Assembly (NCBI RefSeq): GCF_018350175.1
Contig: NC_058368.1
Coordinates: 103,666,001-103,730,000, forward strand
DNA from: Felis catus
Taxonomy: Eukaryota
Direction of reading: 5' to 3'
DNA: 64,000 bases
Positions 1-12,030 of the stretch are shown here, piece by piece (within the stretch, counting starts at the first letter, position 1; each line of letters opens with the position of its first letter). The translations under genes and the position numbers were made by a program. The notes under the pieces were generated by a model. It had not been told where the DNA came from. It worked only from the letters and a program-made list of their open reading frames with translations, and ran no database searches.

Positions 1-881
1 GCAATAGCGGAATATTCGCAGTCCCTGGTGAACACACGTAGGGTAATGAAAACCCTCCGTAACATGAAGCACCCATTCCCGGCTGAGGTTGAACAAGGCA
101 ATAGCATTCTTATTTCAGCTCCCATCAACAGATGTCCCTTTCACCATCTATTTAGTGCCACATTTTCTCATTTGTGCTTTTTGCTGAGTCCACTGTTTAA
201 AATGGCTCCTGAACATGGTGCTGAAGTGCTGTCTAATGCCCCTAAGCACACGAAGGCTGTGATGTGCCTTGCAGAGGAAAACACCGTGTTAGAGCAGCTT
301 TGTTTGGGCATGAGTTATAGTGTTCTTGGCCACGAGTTCAATGTTAATGTGTCAATATATATATATATAGAGAGAGAGAGAGAGGCACCTGGGTGGCTCA
401 GTCGGTTGAGCTTCCAACTTCAGCTCAGGTCATGATCTTGCAGTTCATGGGTTCGAGGCCCGCGTCCAGCTCTGTGCTGACAGCTCAGAGTCTGGAGCCT
501 GCTTCAGATTTTGTGTCCCCCACCCCCTTCTCTGCCCCTCCCTGCTCACGCTCTCCCTCTCCCTCTCCAAAATAAATAAACATTAAAAAAAACTAAATAT
601 ATATAAAATAATATATTTGTATGTTTTATAAATACATATTATATATGTATATTATAATATCAGTATATATTAAATAACACACGTGTGTTTCTGTTTTTCC
701 TTAAACAGAAACACACATGTATTGATCAGTTGGTGAAAATATTGTGACCAAGGCTTGCAGGAACCTAATCCTATGTATCTCTTAGAAGCGATAATTCAGT
801 TTTGGCTAATTCAGGATTCACAGCGAATGTATACAACTACTAAAAAGTAAAAAAAAAAAGAAGAAGAAGAAGAATTGACTG
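1..881 (+). mobile_element. TcMar-Tigger DNA transposon fossil (MER82-like, subfamily tentative), interrupted by a SINE and AT-rich low complexity
   Basis: From ATG 202 it reads MAPEHGAEVLSNAPKHTKAVMCLAEENTVLEQLCLGMSYSVLGHEFNVNVS, a decayed Tigger/CENP-B-type N-terminal HTH. The element resumes after ~700 (ttaaacagaaacacacat...gcaggaacctaatcct) and ends at a TIR-like gaattgactg near 881. Confidence 0.75.
382..592 (+). mobile_element. CanSINE (SINEC_Fc)
   Basis: tRNA-derived head gcacctgggtggctcagtcggttgag, CT-rich linker, aataaa/A tail. Confidence 0.95.
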
Positions 882-3800
882 AATTTAATATCATGTGCTG
901 CAGTCAAGAGTCTTAGCAGAGAAGTGTTGTGCATCCCTGAATAGAGACAGGGGTCTAAATTAGGAAGAGGTGAAGGTGCACATGTAAATCACACAGGTGC
1001 AGCCCAGGATTGCACTCTTTGGCAGTGGGATGCTCGAACAACATCGGTTCCATATGAGCAGGAAAGCAGCTAGGCCAGAACTTGATAGTGACAAGCAGTT
1101 AAAACATGCTTTTGTGTGCTCAAATAACCTCTTCAGCATGATAATATCTTTATCTGGAAGATGAATTGTGTGCCACCCATCAATCTTGAGGGAATGTTAT
1201 CAGCATAAAAGTGACAGTATCTAGGGAGTGTTAAGAATCTTTTCAAAGGAGTCGTATTTTCAACGACTTGTTCATTACTGGCAAACAGAATACAATCAAA
1301 TAATATTCAATTGAAATTAGAACATAACATGTTACATACATCCCATCTTTGAAACCAGTCATGTGATTTTTATATCCATCCCTGAGAAATATATAATTAA
1401 GAAAAAAATGCTTGTAGTCTTTACGTTTAAAATGCATAGTGGGAATACACAAATAGCCACGCACACAGAGTAGCATTATTTATATCAAGTTCTGCAGAAG
1501 CAGAACGTAGTGATTGTGCCACTAGTTTTACGGCCTCATCAAATATAAAATGAAGGTCAAAAATGAAATGAAAAGAATGTAATGTATAAATGAAACTTCG
1601 GTTGTGCCTCTGAAGAATTCATTATAACAGTATGCTGATTTTTTTTTTGCTTATTTTGCATTAAAATCAGACTCTAAAAGAAACCGACACAATAATAGGC
1701 TATGATACTATTAAAGGGATGACATTGCCCATTGAATACCATTTAGCGCGAATCACTGGTAGTACTATTAATTTCTCCTTTTTTAATGCACACTTTAGCT
1801 AGCACATGACCCATACCATGAACATCAGTTACACCCCGGGGACCAGACATTAACAGCATGTGCTACGAGTGGTTTATTTTACAATTGCTGGGAAATAAAA
1901 GCTGATGGAAATGAGCCACTGGTGAATTACTTGCTAGCAAAAACAACAATATTTGTATCACTACTGAAAAACTCCCTCCCAAAAGGGGTGAGGGGAGGAG
2001 CCAGTGATTTTACTGTATTGTTCACACGGAAACATAGAGATAGAGGAGGTTGGGGGAAGTAAACAGTTAAGAGTCTGAAGTTATTTATCTGCCTTTAAAC
2101 AGAATACATTCTAGTAGCTGGGATCCTGTACCTTAGCTAATTAAAGCACAATTTGGATACACAGACACACAGACACACACAGACACACAACATAATCACA
2201 CAAATAAAATAATAAAATAAAAATTATTTCCAAATAAACTACAATCAGGTCTTTCCTCTCATAAAAGAAACATTAATATGACTTCAATCTTTTGATGTAG
2301 GTGATCTTTCCAGAGCTATATGAGGAAAGAAAATTAAAATCTCACAGCAGGTTTTTCATAGAACTAATTTATCCTGTTTTTTTTTTTTTAATTTAAGAAC
2401 ATTGCTTCTTTTTGTATATCACTTTTCTAGGAAACTCAGTCAATTTCAGAAATATTTATGCTCTCATAGAAGTTAGGCAAATGGATGAAGATATTTTACA
2501 CTACTTATAAAAAATATATCATTCTAACTCAGTGCAATCCCTACACAAAGAACTTGTCTGCATTGAAAAGATGCACTTGATTTATTTAAATACAATGCTC
2601 AAATATAATATCAATTACTCCCAGCTTCTTGTTCTAAATTGGATTTAATCTGTTAACCTCTCACCTTCCTTTAAAGAGAGTCAGAATGAAAGATAGACAT
2701 GAAAGAAAATGGAGTTTGCAAGAATAAATGGCACAATGGAATACACTAAAAGCGAGTCGCCCTGTTAATTATTCTGCTTACAGGTTTACACACACACACT
2801 TTTGTCTATGATTAACTGGATTGTACAACTGTTGTTCCTTTTGCTGAAAGGTTTGACCTTTCGCTTAAGTCCAATCTAACACAAGGAAATCATTATTCAT
2901 TTCTCTCCCACTCAAAGTCTAGATGCAGATTTGAAAATGTTATTTATTGTCTGGCTGTTAGTCTTTAACGTGAAGCAGTTATTACGAAATGAGACAGCTG
3001 GCTGCATCGACCTATCCTTTACTGCCCCCAAGGCCACGCATACCTAATTCAAGGATATCAGATAATGGTATGTGGCATGATTTACATGTAGAGAATTCCG
3101 AATTCATTGTGAGCCTATTTATAACTACAGCACCTTCGATAGAGAAGATGATTTAATAGAGGTTGTAAGGGTTTTCTGACAAGAGGCATTAATATTAGAA
3201 CCTTTTCCCAAGGGCTGCAAACAGTGGTGCGGGGAAGGAGCTCGCCTGAGTTATTTTTCATGGGTGACCCTTTTCTGTTCATTAGCACTTACATTCCTGG
3301 GGTTGGGAAGCCACTGTTTTAACTCTAATTTGTATGTAATGAGCATATTCAATGCAAGGAGACTCTCCTTCATTAACAAAGCTGGAAAAAAAACGCTGGT
3401 AACTCTGATGAAAAAGGACATCTAATCTCATGGAAATTTAACAAGTCCAGTCTTGCAGATGGTGTTTGGAAAACCAAGGGTCTGCTCTCTAGAGATGGTC
3501 AAGGTGGATGATAAAGATTCTGTAATGTCTTTTCAAAAGAGTTAGAAACAGGCTGATGTCTTAGCCAATACGTCTCCCTTCAATAAAACTAACTCTAATG
3601 GATGAGGCTGCCTCTGGGTATTGCTAAGAACATACAGGCAAGTCTATTTGCTTATACAGATGCTGAACTGCCAATTACTTCGGAAGGCATTTTGTGATGG
3701 TTCAAGTATGAAAAACAAAGACAAAAACAAAAACAAACATGATACCATTTACCTAACAGTCATGAGAATTAACCACATATTTGAAAATGCAGTTTAATGA

Positions 3801-4817
3801 AGCATGTTATCAAAGAAGCCTTCTTTTTTAATAAAGACTTCCAGTTTACAATAGATGAAACAAATCAGCACCTTTGGTGGTGCAGTATATTTTTAATTTG
3901 AAATGTAAAACCAGTGTTCTATTTGAAACGACAATTCTCACCTAAAAGGTATCTCTAAAGACTGGAACTAGTTGGCATTTATTTTGAAAAGCACGTATGC
4001 TATAGCTTGAAGGGGCAAGTTTCATTTGGGGATGAAATATTTCCTCTAGATGACTATCAATTCAAATTCAATCCTTAGAAACCTCTAGATGACATAATGA
4101 ACGGCTTTTAGATACCAGGTTGGATTTTATTGTTTGTTTATCACATTAAAAAAACAGATTCTTACTTATGACAAAAAATAACATCTTTCAAAAAGTCCTC
4201 TAATAGAAATAAAAGTAATCAGTGGAAAATAATATCCCCAGTAGACCCGTTATCCAAAATCCAAGAACATTCAGCCCTATCTCTGCTCACTGTGCTATTT
4301 CCTCTTGTTACTTCACTTCATATATATTTAAGAATCTTCCTTTGGTTGTCTGGAATTACAGAAGTCCCAATAAAGCACCGAACTCAGATTATGCAAGCCC
4401 TGTTCTGTACGAATCAAAGTGAACTAAGATACTCCCATTTCACTTAGCTCATAACAATTGGTGTCAATATGCTCTTCCTGAAAAACCAGGCTTGGATCTA
4501 TTTCACATTGTTTGTAAACTATCCTTTCAGTTATATATATATTTTTTGAAGAGGCTAAAACACAAATACAAAGACTGTCAAAACTAAAGCAGATTGTATG
4601 ATCCTATATTCTTGGACTTTCATTAAACCAAACGAAATCAGAATTAAGTTAGTTTAAAGGATACAAATCCTTTGGGGCAGATGAGTGAATGGTTTCCTGT
4701 TTCCTCTTATTAGCTTACCATTAATCAAGTTACACTCAATACGTAAGACAGTGCATCATCCTCTCTTCAGGTTATGTCTATGGGGAGGGAAGGTCAGCAA
4801 TTGACTGTCAGCATTTC

Positions 4818-4853
4818 TTTTTTTATTAATTTTTTTATGTTTATTTATGTTTA

Positions 4854-4885
<32 letters not shown>

Positions 4886-5057
4886 AGAACATGTGGGGGA
4901 GGAGGGGCAGAGAGAAAGGGAGACACAGAATCCAAAGCAAGCTCCAGGCTCTGAGTTGTCAGCACAGAGCCCAACACGGGGCTGGAACTCATGAACTGCG
5001 AGATCATGACCTGAGCTGAAGTTGGGTGCTTAACCGACTGAGCCACCCAGGTGCCTC
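4818..5057 (-). mobile_element. CanSINE (SINEC_Fc)
   Basis: Reverse-complement SINE ending ctgagccacccaggtgcc; degenerate TSD tgt(c/a)agcattt. Confidence 0.95.
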
Positions 5058-5149
5058 TGTAAGCATTTTCAATGAAATTAAGAGGGAATTGTCAAAGTGT
5101 GTGCTGAAATTAGGGCTGAACATGTCATGAATTGAAAATAACAACTACT

Positions 5150-5373
5150 GGGGGCACCTGGGTGGCAGAGTGGGTTAAGCATCTGACTCTTGATCTCGGC
5201 TCAGGTCATAATCCCATGGTTCCTGGGTTTGAGCCCCACATTGGGCTCTGCAATGACAGAGCGGAGCCTGCTTGGGGTTATGTCTCTCCCTCTCTCTCTG
5301 CCCCTCCCCTGCTTGTGCTGTCTCTCAAAAATAAATAAACTTTAAAAATGTTTTTAATAAAAAAAATAAAATA
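5150..5373 (+). mobile_element. CanSINE
   Basis: ggggcacctgggtggc head; TSD aaaataacaactactg on both sides. Confidence 0.95.
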
Positions 5374-5681
5374 AAATAACAACTACTGACAGAAATATAA
5401 AGATATAAATAAGATTATAACTGAGGGTTTATTCTCATTAGAGTGGAGAAATTTGGGGTATTTTCCTTGATGGTTTAAATAAGGTAACCTGGTAATTAAT
5501 AGTTACTGAGCAAACTGCCATGTTCCACCTACTCCCTAAGTTCAAATGATATACATGAAGTAATTTAGAAAACCACATAGCGCTTTAGAAATATAAAATA
5601 CTATTACACTACATCCTTTTACACAGTTATATCAATAAACCATAAACAAAGAAATACTGATTACATTTCTTCCAAACTTAC

Positions 5682-5724
5682 CAAAGAAATGCACCATTCC
5701 AAATCAATAACTAAACCTGGGGAT
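5682..5724 (-). other. Candidate 43-nt internal exon (unverified)
   Basis: Minus strand reads tatatatttcag|ATCCCCAGG...TTTCTTTG|gtaagt. One frame is open (SPGLVIDLEWCISL); the protein is not recognised. Confidence 0.2.
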
Positions 5725-6231
5725 CTGAAATATATACATTCTGAGACTTAATATAGGGTCCAAGGAACAACCCTCTCAGTGTCTCAGAAGGTACATGTTT
5801 CCAAAGTAAAATAAGAGGGCATGTTGTGTACTTTCATAAAGACTTGAAAATAAATTATTTTCATGATGTTTAGAAAAATGTTTTATGCTTCACCTTACAA
5901 GAGCCATATTTTCAATTCTCCAAAAAGACAAGTGGTTTTATTCTTCCTAAAGTTTGGCACACTCCTTTGATATATGCTGTCAAGTGAAATAATTATTTTC
6001 AACAATTTGCCCTTAGAAAATTATACTACTTTGTGTTTAAAAGATCAAATAGCTATTCATTTGAGGACCAAATATCTCAAAGAGTGGCTACTTCTATTAA
6101 AGAATAAAATTGCAACCGGAGCGAAGCCACTACATTGTTTCTTCAGGCATTAAGACGTACTGTGTGCAGAGGAAAAAAAGCAAAAAAGCGAGACTTGACA
6201 TCCATTGTCTCAGTACTCAATAAACGATTAT

Positions 6232-6450
6232 TAGGCACCTAGGTGGCTCGGTCCGTTAAGCATCCGACTTCAGGGCATGATCTGGCGACCAGCAGGTTCA
6301 AGCCCCACATTGAGCTCTGTGCTGACAGCTTAGATCCTGGAGCCCGCTTCAGATTCTGTGTCTCCTTCTCTCTTGGCCTCTCCCCTGCTCATGCTCGTGC
6401 GCTCTCTCTCTCAAAAATAAATAAACACTAAAAAATTAAAAATAAAATAA
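6232..6450 (+). mobile_element. CanSINE
   Basis: SINE body and tail; TSD aataaa(c/t)gattatt. Confidence 0.93.
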
Positions 6451-6476
6451 AATAAATGATTATTGACTCTAATTCA

Positions 6477-6742
6477 CAGTAGTTCTTTCCTGGGGGAAGA
6501 AGGAGAGGTGCAGGGCAGGGATTTTGCCCCCAAGGACATGCGCCAACATCTGGAGACCGTTTCGGTTGTCCCAATTCGGGGAGAAGTGTTCTATCGCTTG
6601 TCACAACCGGAGGTGGTAAGTTTCTACTAGTGGCTAGAAGGTAGAATCTAGTGGGTAGTGGGTAGGAATTATGATAAACCTCCTACACAGCACCAGGACG
6701 GCCTTCACAACAAAGCCCTAAATAACAAGATTGAGAAACTCT
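6477..6742 (+). mobile_element. MER20 (hAT-Charlie) fossil
   Basis: cagtagttct...gattttgcccccaaggacat...tctggagac...ttggttgtc-like...atctagtgggtag...ttgagaaactct resembles the recalled MER20 consensus. Confidence 0.75.
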
Positions 6743-7069
6743 CCTCTAATTGCTTGCAAGACATAAAAAATTAAACTTTTAACCTTAAATTTTAATTAAT
6801 TCTTATAAAATTTGAGAGTATATCCCTTAGCATTATGTCCCATCTGGGCAAAAACAAAAAGAAGCAAAAGAAAAACAAGCAAAATGAAAATATTTACACT
6901 TACATCTTGAGCAGATGCTCCTTCAGAAAATTCTAATGGAAGAAAGGGACACTGGCCAATGCTCCCTAGTGCCAAGGAAAATGCTATTGTTGTTGGAGGG
7001 AGATACTAGGTAGGCTGGATGCTTAAATGGCAAAGATCTTAAGCCATCGTTAGTGTGATTTTGTTTTGA

Positions 7070-7277
7070 TTTTTTCTAAAGTTTATCTTATTTCTGAGAG
7101 AGAGAAAGACAGAGTGTCAGTGGGGGAGGGGCAGAGAGAGAGGGAGACACAGAATCTGAGGCAGGCTCCAGGATCTGAGCTGTCAGCACAGAACCCAACT
7201 CGGGGCTCGCATACCCACGAGATCATGACCCAACCTTAAGTCAGACACTTAACCGACTGAACCACTCAGTCACCCCC
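7070..7277 (-). mobile_element. CanSINE
   Basis: Reverse SINE with gggagacacagaatctgaggcaggctcc core. Confidence 0.93.
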
Positions 7278-7289
7278 ATTAGGGTATCT

Positions 7290-7605
7290 AAGTATATATA
7301 TACATAGATATATATACTAAGTATATACATACATATATATATATACATATATGTATATATATATGTACATATATCTATGTGTATATATATATATACACAT
7401 CTATATACATATATGTACATATATCTATGTGTATATATATATATACACATCTATATACATATATATAGATATCTATCTATGTACATATATCGATATAGAT
7501 ATATATAGATATATATTGATATATATATTGATAGATAGATATAGATATAGATTGATATCTATAGATAGATATCTATAGCTATCTACCTATAGATATAGAT
7601 ACATA
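7290..7605. repeat. Compound (TA)n/(GATATA)n microsatellite containing a perfect 50-bp tandem duplication
   Basis: 7361-7410 is identical to 7411-7460. Confidence 0.95.
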
Positions 7606-7735
7606 TGACAATAGACCATGCACACTGTTCTGAATCATATTTTGCCTTCTAATAATGCATCTTAGAGATATATTACACTTGAATCACTTTTTCATTTGCT
7701 TCATAATATTCCACAATATGAAAATAGCCATTTTA

Positions 7736-7960
7736 GGGGTATAGTGGCTCAACTGATTAAGCGTCTGACTCCTGATTTCAGTTCAGGTCATGATCTCATG
7801 GTTCATGGGATCCAGCCTCATGTCAGGCTCTGTGCTGACAGTGTGGAGCCTATTTGGGATTCTCTCTTTCCCCCTCTTTCTGCCCCTCCCCTGCTTGTGC
7901 TCACTCTCACTCTCTCTCCCTCTCTCAAAACAAATAAATAAATGTTTAAAAAGAAAAAGA
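7736..7960 (+). mobile_element. CanSINE
   Basis: SINE body; TSD aaaata(g/a)ccatttt. Confidence 0.93.
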
Positions 7961-8092
7961 AAATAACCATTTTAACCGGTTTCATGTTAAATGCTTTCAA
8001 GTTGTTTTCAACCTTTTGCTATCATCAATATTGCTACAATGACTGGCACTTTACATAGGTCATCTCTTGCTTTTGTGATTATAACCACATTT

Positions 8093-8309
8093 CTTTTTTA
8101 AAAAATTTTTTAATGTTTATTTATTTTTGAGCGAGAGACAGAGTGTGAGCAGGGGAGGAGCAGAGACAGAGGGAGACACAGAATCTGAAGCAGGCTCCAG
8201 GCTCTGAGCTTTCAGCACAGAGCCCAATGTGGGGCTTGAACTCATGAACTGCGAGATCATGACCTGAGCTAAAGTCGGATGCTTACCGACTGAGCCACCC
8301 AGGCACCCC
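8093..8309 (-). mobile_element. CanSINE
   Basis: Reverse SINE; TSD aacca(c/t)atttct. Confidence 0.95.
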
Positions 8310-8475
8310 AACCATATTTCTATATAGAAGTGACATTGCTTATTAAAAGAATATATGCATCTTATATTTTAATAGGTACTATCAAGTTGCTGATCATATA
8401 TATGTATAACAGCCCATTTCATTTGCTGACCAGTTCTTTGCAAACCTACTATGTAAAAAAAATTGTAATTTTATT

Positions 8476-9255
8476 CAAAGATGTGGAGAAAAGGGAACAC
8501 TTGTACACTGTTCATAGGAATGTAAATTGGTCCAGCCACTGTGGAAAACAGTATGGAGTTTCCTCAAAATATTAAAAATAGAATCACTCTATGATCTAAT
8601 AACTCCATGACTTGATATCTATCCAAAGAAAAGAAAAACACTAATTCAAAAAGCTATATGCACTCTTAGGTTTATTGCAACAATATTTACAATAGCCAAG
8701 ATATGGAAGCAGCCCAAGTGTCTACTGATAGATGAATGGATAAAGAAGATGTGTGTGTGTGTGTGTGTGTATACACAAACACATATATATTTATATATAT
8801 GGCAGAATATCATGCAGTCATAAAAAATAATGAGAGTTTTGTCATTGGCAACAACACAAATGGACCTAGAGAATATTATGCTACGTAAAGTAAGTCAAAC
8901 TGAGGAAGACAAATACCACGATTCACTTATATGTGCAATCTAAAAAGACAAATGAATAAACAAATGAACAAAAAGCAGAATCAGACCTACAAACACAGAG
9001 AACAAACTGACGGTTGCTGAGGGGAGAAGGATAGAGGGGTTAGACAAAATGGATAAAGGGAAGTGGGAGGTACTGGCTTTCAATTATGAAATGAATAAGT
9101 CACGGGAAGAAAAGACACAGCATAGGGAATAATTGCATTGGAGGGTGACAGATGGTAGCCAGACTTCTGGTGAGCAGAGCATAATGTATAGAGTTGTTGA
9201 ATCACTATGTTGTGTGTCCAAAACTAATGTAATATTGTGTGCCAACTACACTAAA
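8476..9255 (+). mobile_element. 5'-truncated carnivore L1 (ORF2 C-terminus + 3'UTR)
   Basis: gatgtggagaaaagggaac...cagccactgtggaaaacagtatggag...atagccaagatatggaagcagcccaagtgtc; A tail; TSD aaaaaaattgta(a/g)tttt. Confidence 0.92.
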
Positions 9256-9532
9256 AAAAAAATTGTAGTTTTCATTTTCATTTCTCTTATTTTGAGGGCA
9301 GTTTTCTACATTTGCATGCTTTAGATACGTTTATATTTCCATACCTGATTACAATCTTGGTCTGTTTTTGTCAAGTTACTGGTGTTTTTTTCTTTTAGAT
9401 TTTGATAAGTATTAACAAAACTCTCCGAGTGTCTGCAATAAGAATTGAAAATATTTCCCCCATTTTTTCCATGTTTTTTTGTATGTGATGGAGGGTATTC
9501 ACTCGGAATTTTTTTGCATTTACTTCAATCTT

Positions 9533-9753
9533 TCTTTTAAATGTTTATTTTATTCACTTTGAGACAGAGAGTGTGCACACAAGCACAAGCAGGGGAGGGG
9601 CAGAGAGAAAGAGGGAGAGAGAGAATACCAAGCGGGCTCCACACTGTCAGTGCAGAGCCCATGGTGGAGCTTGACCTCTCAAACCATGAGATCATGACCT
9701 GAGCCGAAATCAATAATCAGAAGCTTAACCCACCGGAGACACCCAGGTGCCCC
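9533..9753 (-). mobile_element. CanSINE
   Basis: Reverse SINE; TSD ac(t/a)tcaatcttt. Confidence 0.93.
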
Positions 9754-9987
9754 ACATCAATCTTTTATTTTACGGTTTCAGAATTTTTACCAAATTGAGA
9801 ATTACATTTAAAAAACACCTCATATTTTCTTCTATTACTTCTGTGGGTTTGTTTTTGTTTTGAACCTTTGATCTACTAGAATTTATTCTAGCTTAAAGAG
9901 TAGTTTTATTTGTTTTAAGAGAGCTACCTTGTTGTGCTAACAACATTCACATTTTTCCCCATGAATTTAAAATTTTATTTAATTCTT

Positions 9988-10181
9988 GGGGTGTCTGGAT
10001 GGCTCAGTCAGTTAAGCGTCTGACTTCGGCTCAGCTCAAGACCTCATGGTTTGTGAGCTTCAGCCATGCATTGGGCTCACTGCTGCTGGCACAGAGCCTA
10101 TTTCAGATTCTCTATCCATCTCTCTCTCTGCCTCTCTCTCTCTCTCTCTCTCTGTCTCACAAATAAATAAACATGAAAAAA
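9988..10181 (+). mobile_element. CanSINE
   Basis: ggggtgtctggatggctcagtcagttaagc head, (CT)n, A tail. Confidence 0.92.
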
Positions 10182-11635
10182 AATTTTTTTCATTTGATTC
10201 TTCTATTACTTGGCTCTAATGCTATGTTTTCTATTCTGGTCCACAGAACTCTTTGTCTAGTCATAGGCCAGCATTCTACTGTTTAAACTATTGTAGTATA
10301 TAATGTTTTAATATCCAGCAGGAAGCAAACACATTCTTTCAGAACATTTTTGCCTTTAGATAATTAATATAGAAAAGTTAAGCTGATACATGTGTGTGAG
10401 TGATGAATATGACTGCAAACAGTCTTTATCCCTTAGGTTAAGAGATTGTATTCCCTCTGGAATTTCTCACTGAAAACGGAGCAACCAGCATATCTAACCT
10501 ATAAATTTTCGCTCCAAAGGAATGCTCTCTCTTTCTATTCTTGTCGTTCTAAGCCAACTTAAAGAATGAATGTGAAGATATAAGCTAGATAAGGAAATAC
10601 TTAAAAAAGAATGGAAACCTATTTTCCTCTGCCTTCAGGTGAATGGGTTGACTTTTCAAAGTCATTCACAGGACTTACTCGCTTATCAGGATGGAGGATG
10701 TTGTTGAAGGCAGAAATAGATGAAAATCAAATGTGCTCTTGACGTACTCACATCAGACCCGTTCACTGAGCCAAGCCTCCTTTCTCCTCTATGAAGGCAG
10801 ACACTTGACCCGATCACTGCTTTCTTCCTATTGTGTGTGCAAAGAATAGTCTGTTCGAATCTGTGGCTGGCGAACTTTGCTGATTCCTTTTTATGTAAAT
10901 GGGATGAAAGCATTTGAAGATCAAGACAAGAATGTACACAGGAATAATTGCTTAAGTGGCCAAATTTGATTAGACTCAACCTTGTGCTTTGTATTATATT
11001 ATCTGAAACATTTACCACATATTGCCCCAAGGCGAAAAAATAATGTAATTCCTGCCAAAAGTATTATTTTTCTGTGGTTATCATACTAATATTTTTTCAA
11101 ATATAACTTAGAACATGTGTAAATATCCCTAACGACCAGACTAAACTTAATTAAATATAAGTATTAGCCTAACAAGACACCCATGTTATTGTGGCTTAGG
11201 ACCCTTTTCTTCAGGTATGCCTGGGACTTCCACAGAGGGACTTCACACGTGCTCAAGAACAATCTCTCAACCCTGTGCAGCCAAGCTACCTTACCAGGCA
11301 CAGCGGTCCCTTGCTGGTGGCCACAGTTAGCCCATTGGGCCTAGAAGGCAGTTGCCCATCTTTATTGTTATTTTCCCCATCCCTGGCTTTATTCTGCGTT
11401 ATTCCAGTGGGCCGCACAGTCCCCCTGCCCCTGTCTCAGCATCTGCTGCTTCTTCCACAGTTCCTCTGGTTACATATTCCTCTCTAGGGTCTGGCCTGAC
11501 AAGACCTACGACAAGACCTATGGGAAAAGCTGAGATGAAATAAGAAAGAGTATCTCTTGGTTTTCATACTATATACCCTATTAGGGGGCACCCAGAAAAG
11601 AGCTCTGTCTTCCAGATATTTCACAGTTCATTAGT

Positions 11636-11859
11636 GGGGCACTTGGGTGGCTCAGTCAGTTAAGTGTCTGACTCTTGATTTCAGCTCAGGTCATGGTTCG
11701 TGGGTTTGAGCCCCACGTTGGGCTCTGTGCTGGCGGTGCATAGCCTGCTTCAGATTCTCTGTCTCCCTCTCTCTCCGCTCCTCCTCCTCCGCAGAGGAGC
11801 TCGCTCTCTATCTCTCTCTCTCAAAATAAATAGACATTAAAAACATTAAAAAAAAAAAA
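11636..11859 (+). mobile_element. CanSINE
   Basis: ggggcacttgggtggctcag head, A tail. Confidence 0.93.
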
Positions 11860-11875
11860 CAAGACTCTTTTTTCT

Positions 11876-12030
11876 GGGGCAGCTGCGTGGCTCCGGTCAT
11901 GATCTCCGGCTCTGAGCTGACAGTTCAGAAGAGAGCTGCTTTGGACTCTCTGTTACCCCCTCTCCCTCTGCCCCTCCCCTGCTCGTGCTCTCTCCCTCTC
12001 TCAAAAATAAATAAATAAACATTTTTAAAA
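11876..12030 (+). mobile_element. Internally deleted CanSINE
   Basis: ggggcagctgcgtggctccggtcatgatctccggctctg lacks two internal segments; normal 3' half. Confidence 0.85.

Noticed and set aside
28..435. 135-aa ORF with an HTH-like segment
   Set aside because: It is a decayed Tigger transposase N-terminus running into a TA tract and a SINE; there is no DDE domain, so it is not a domesticated TIGD gene.
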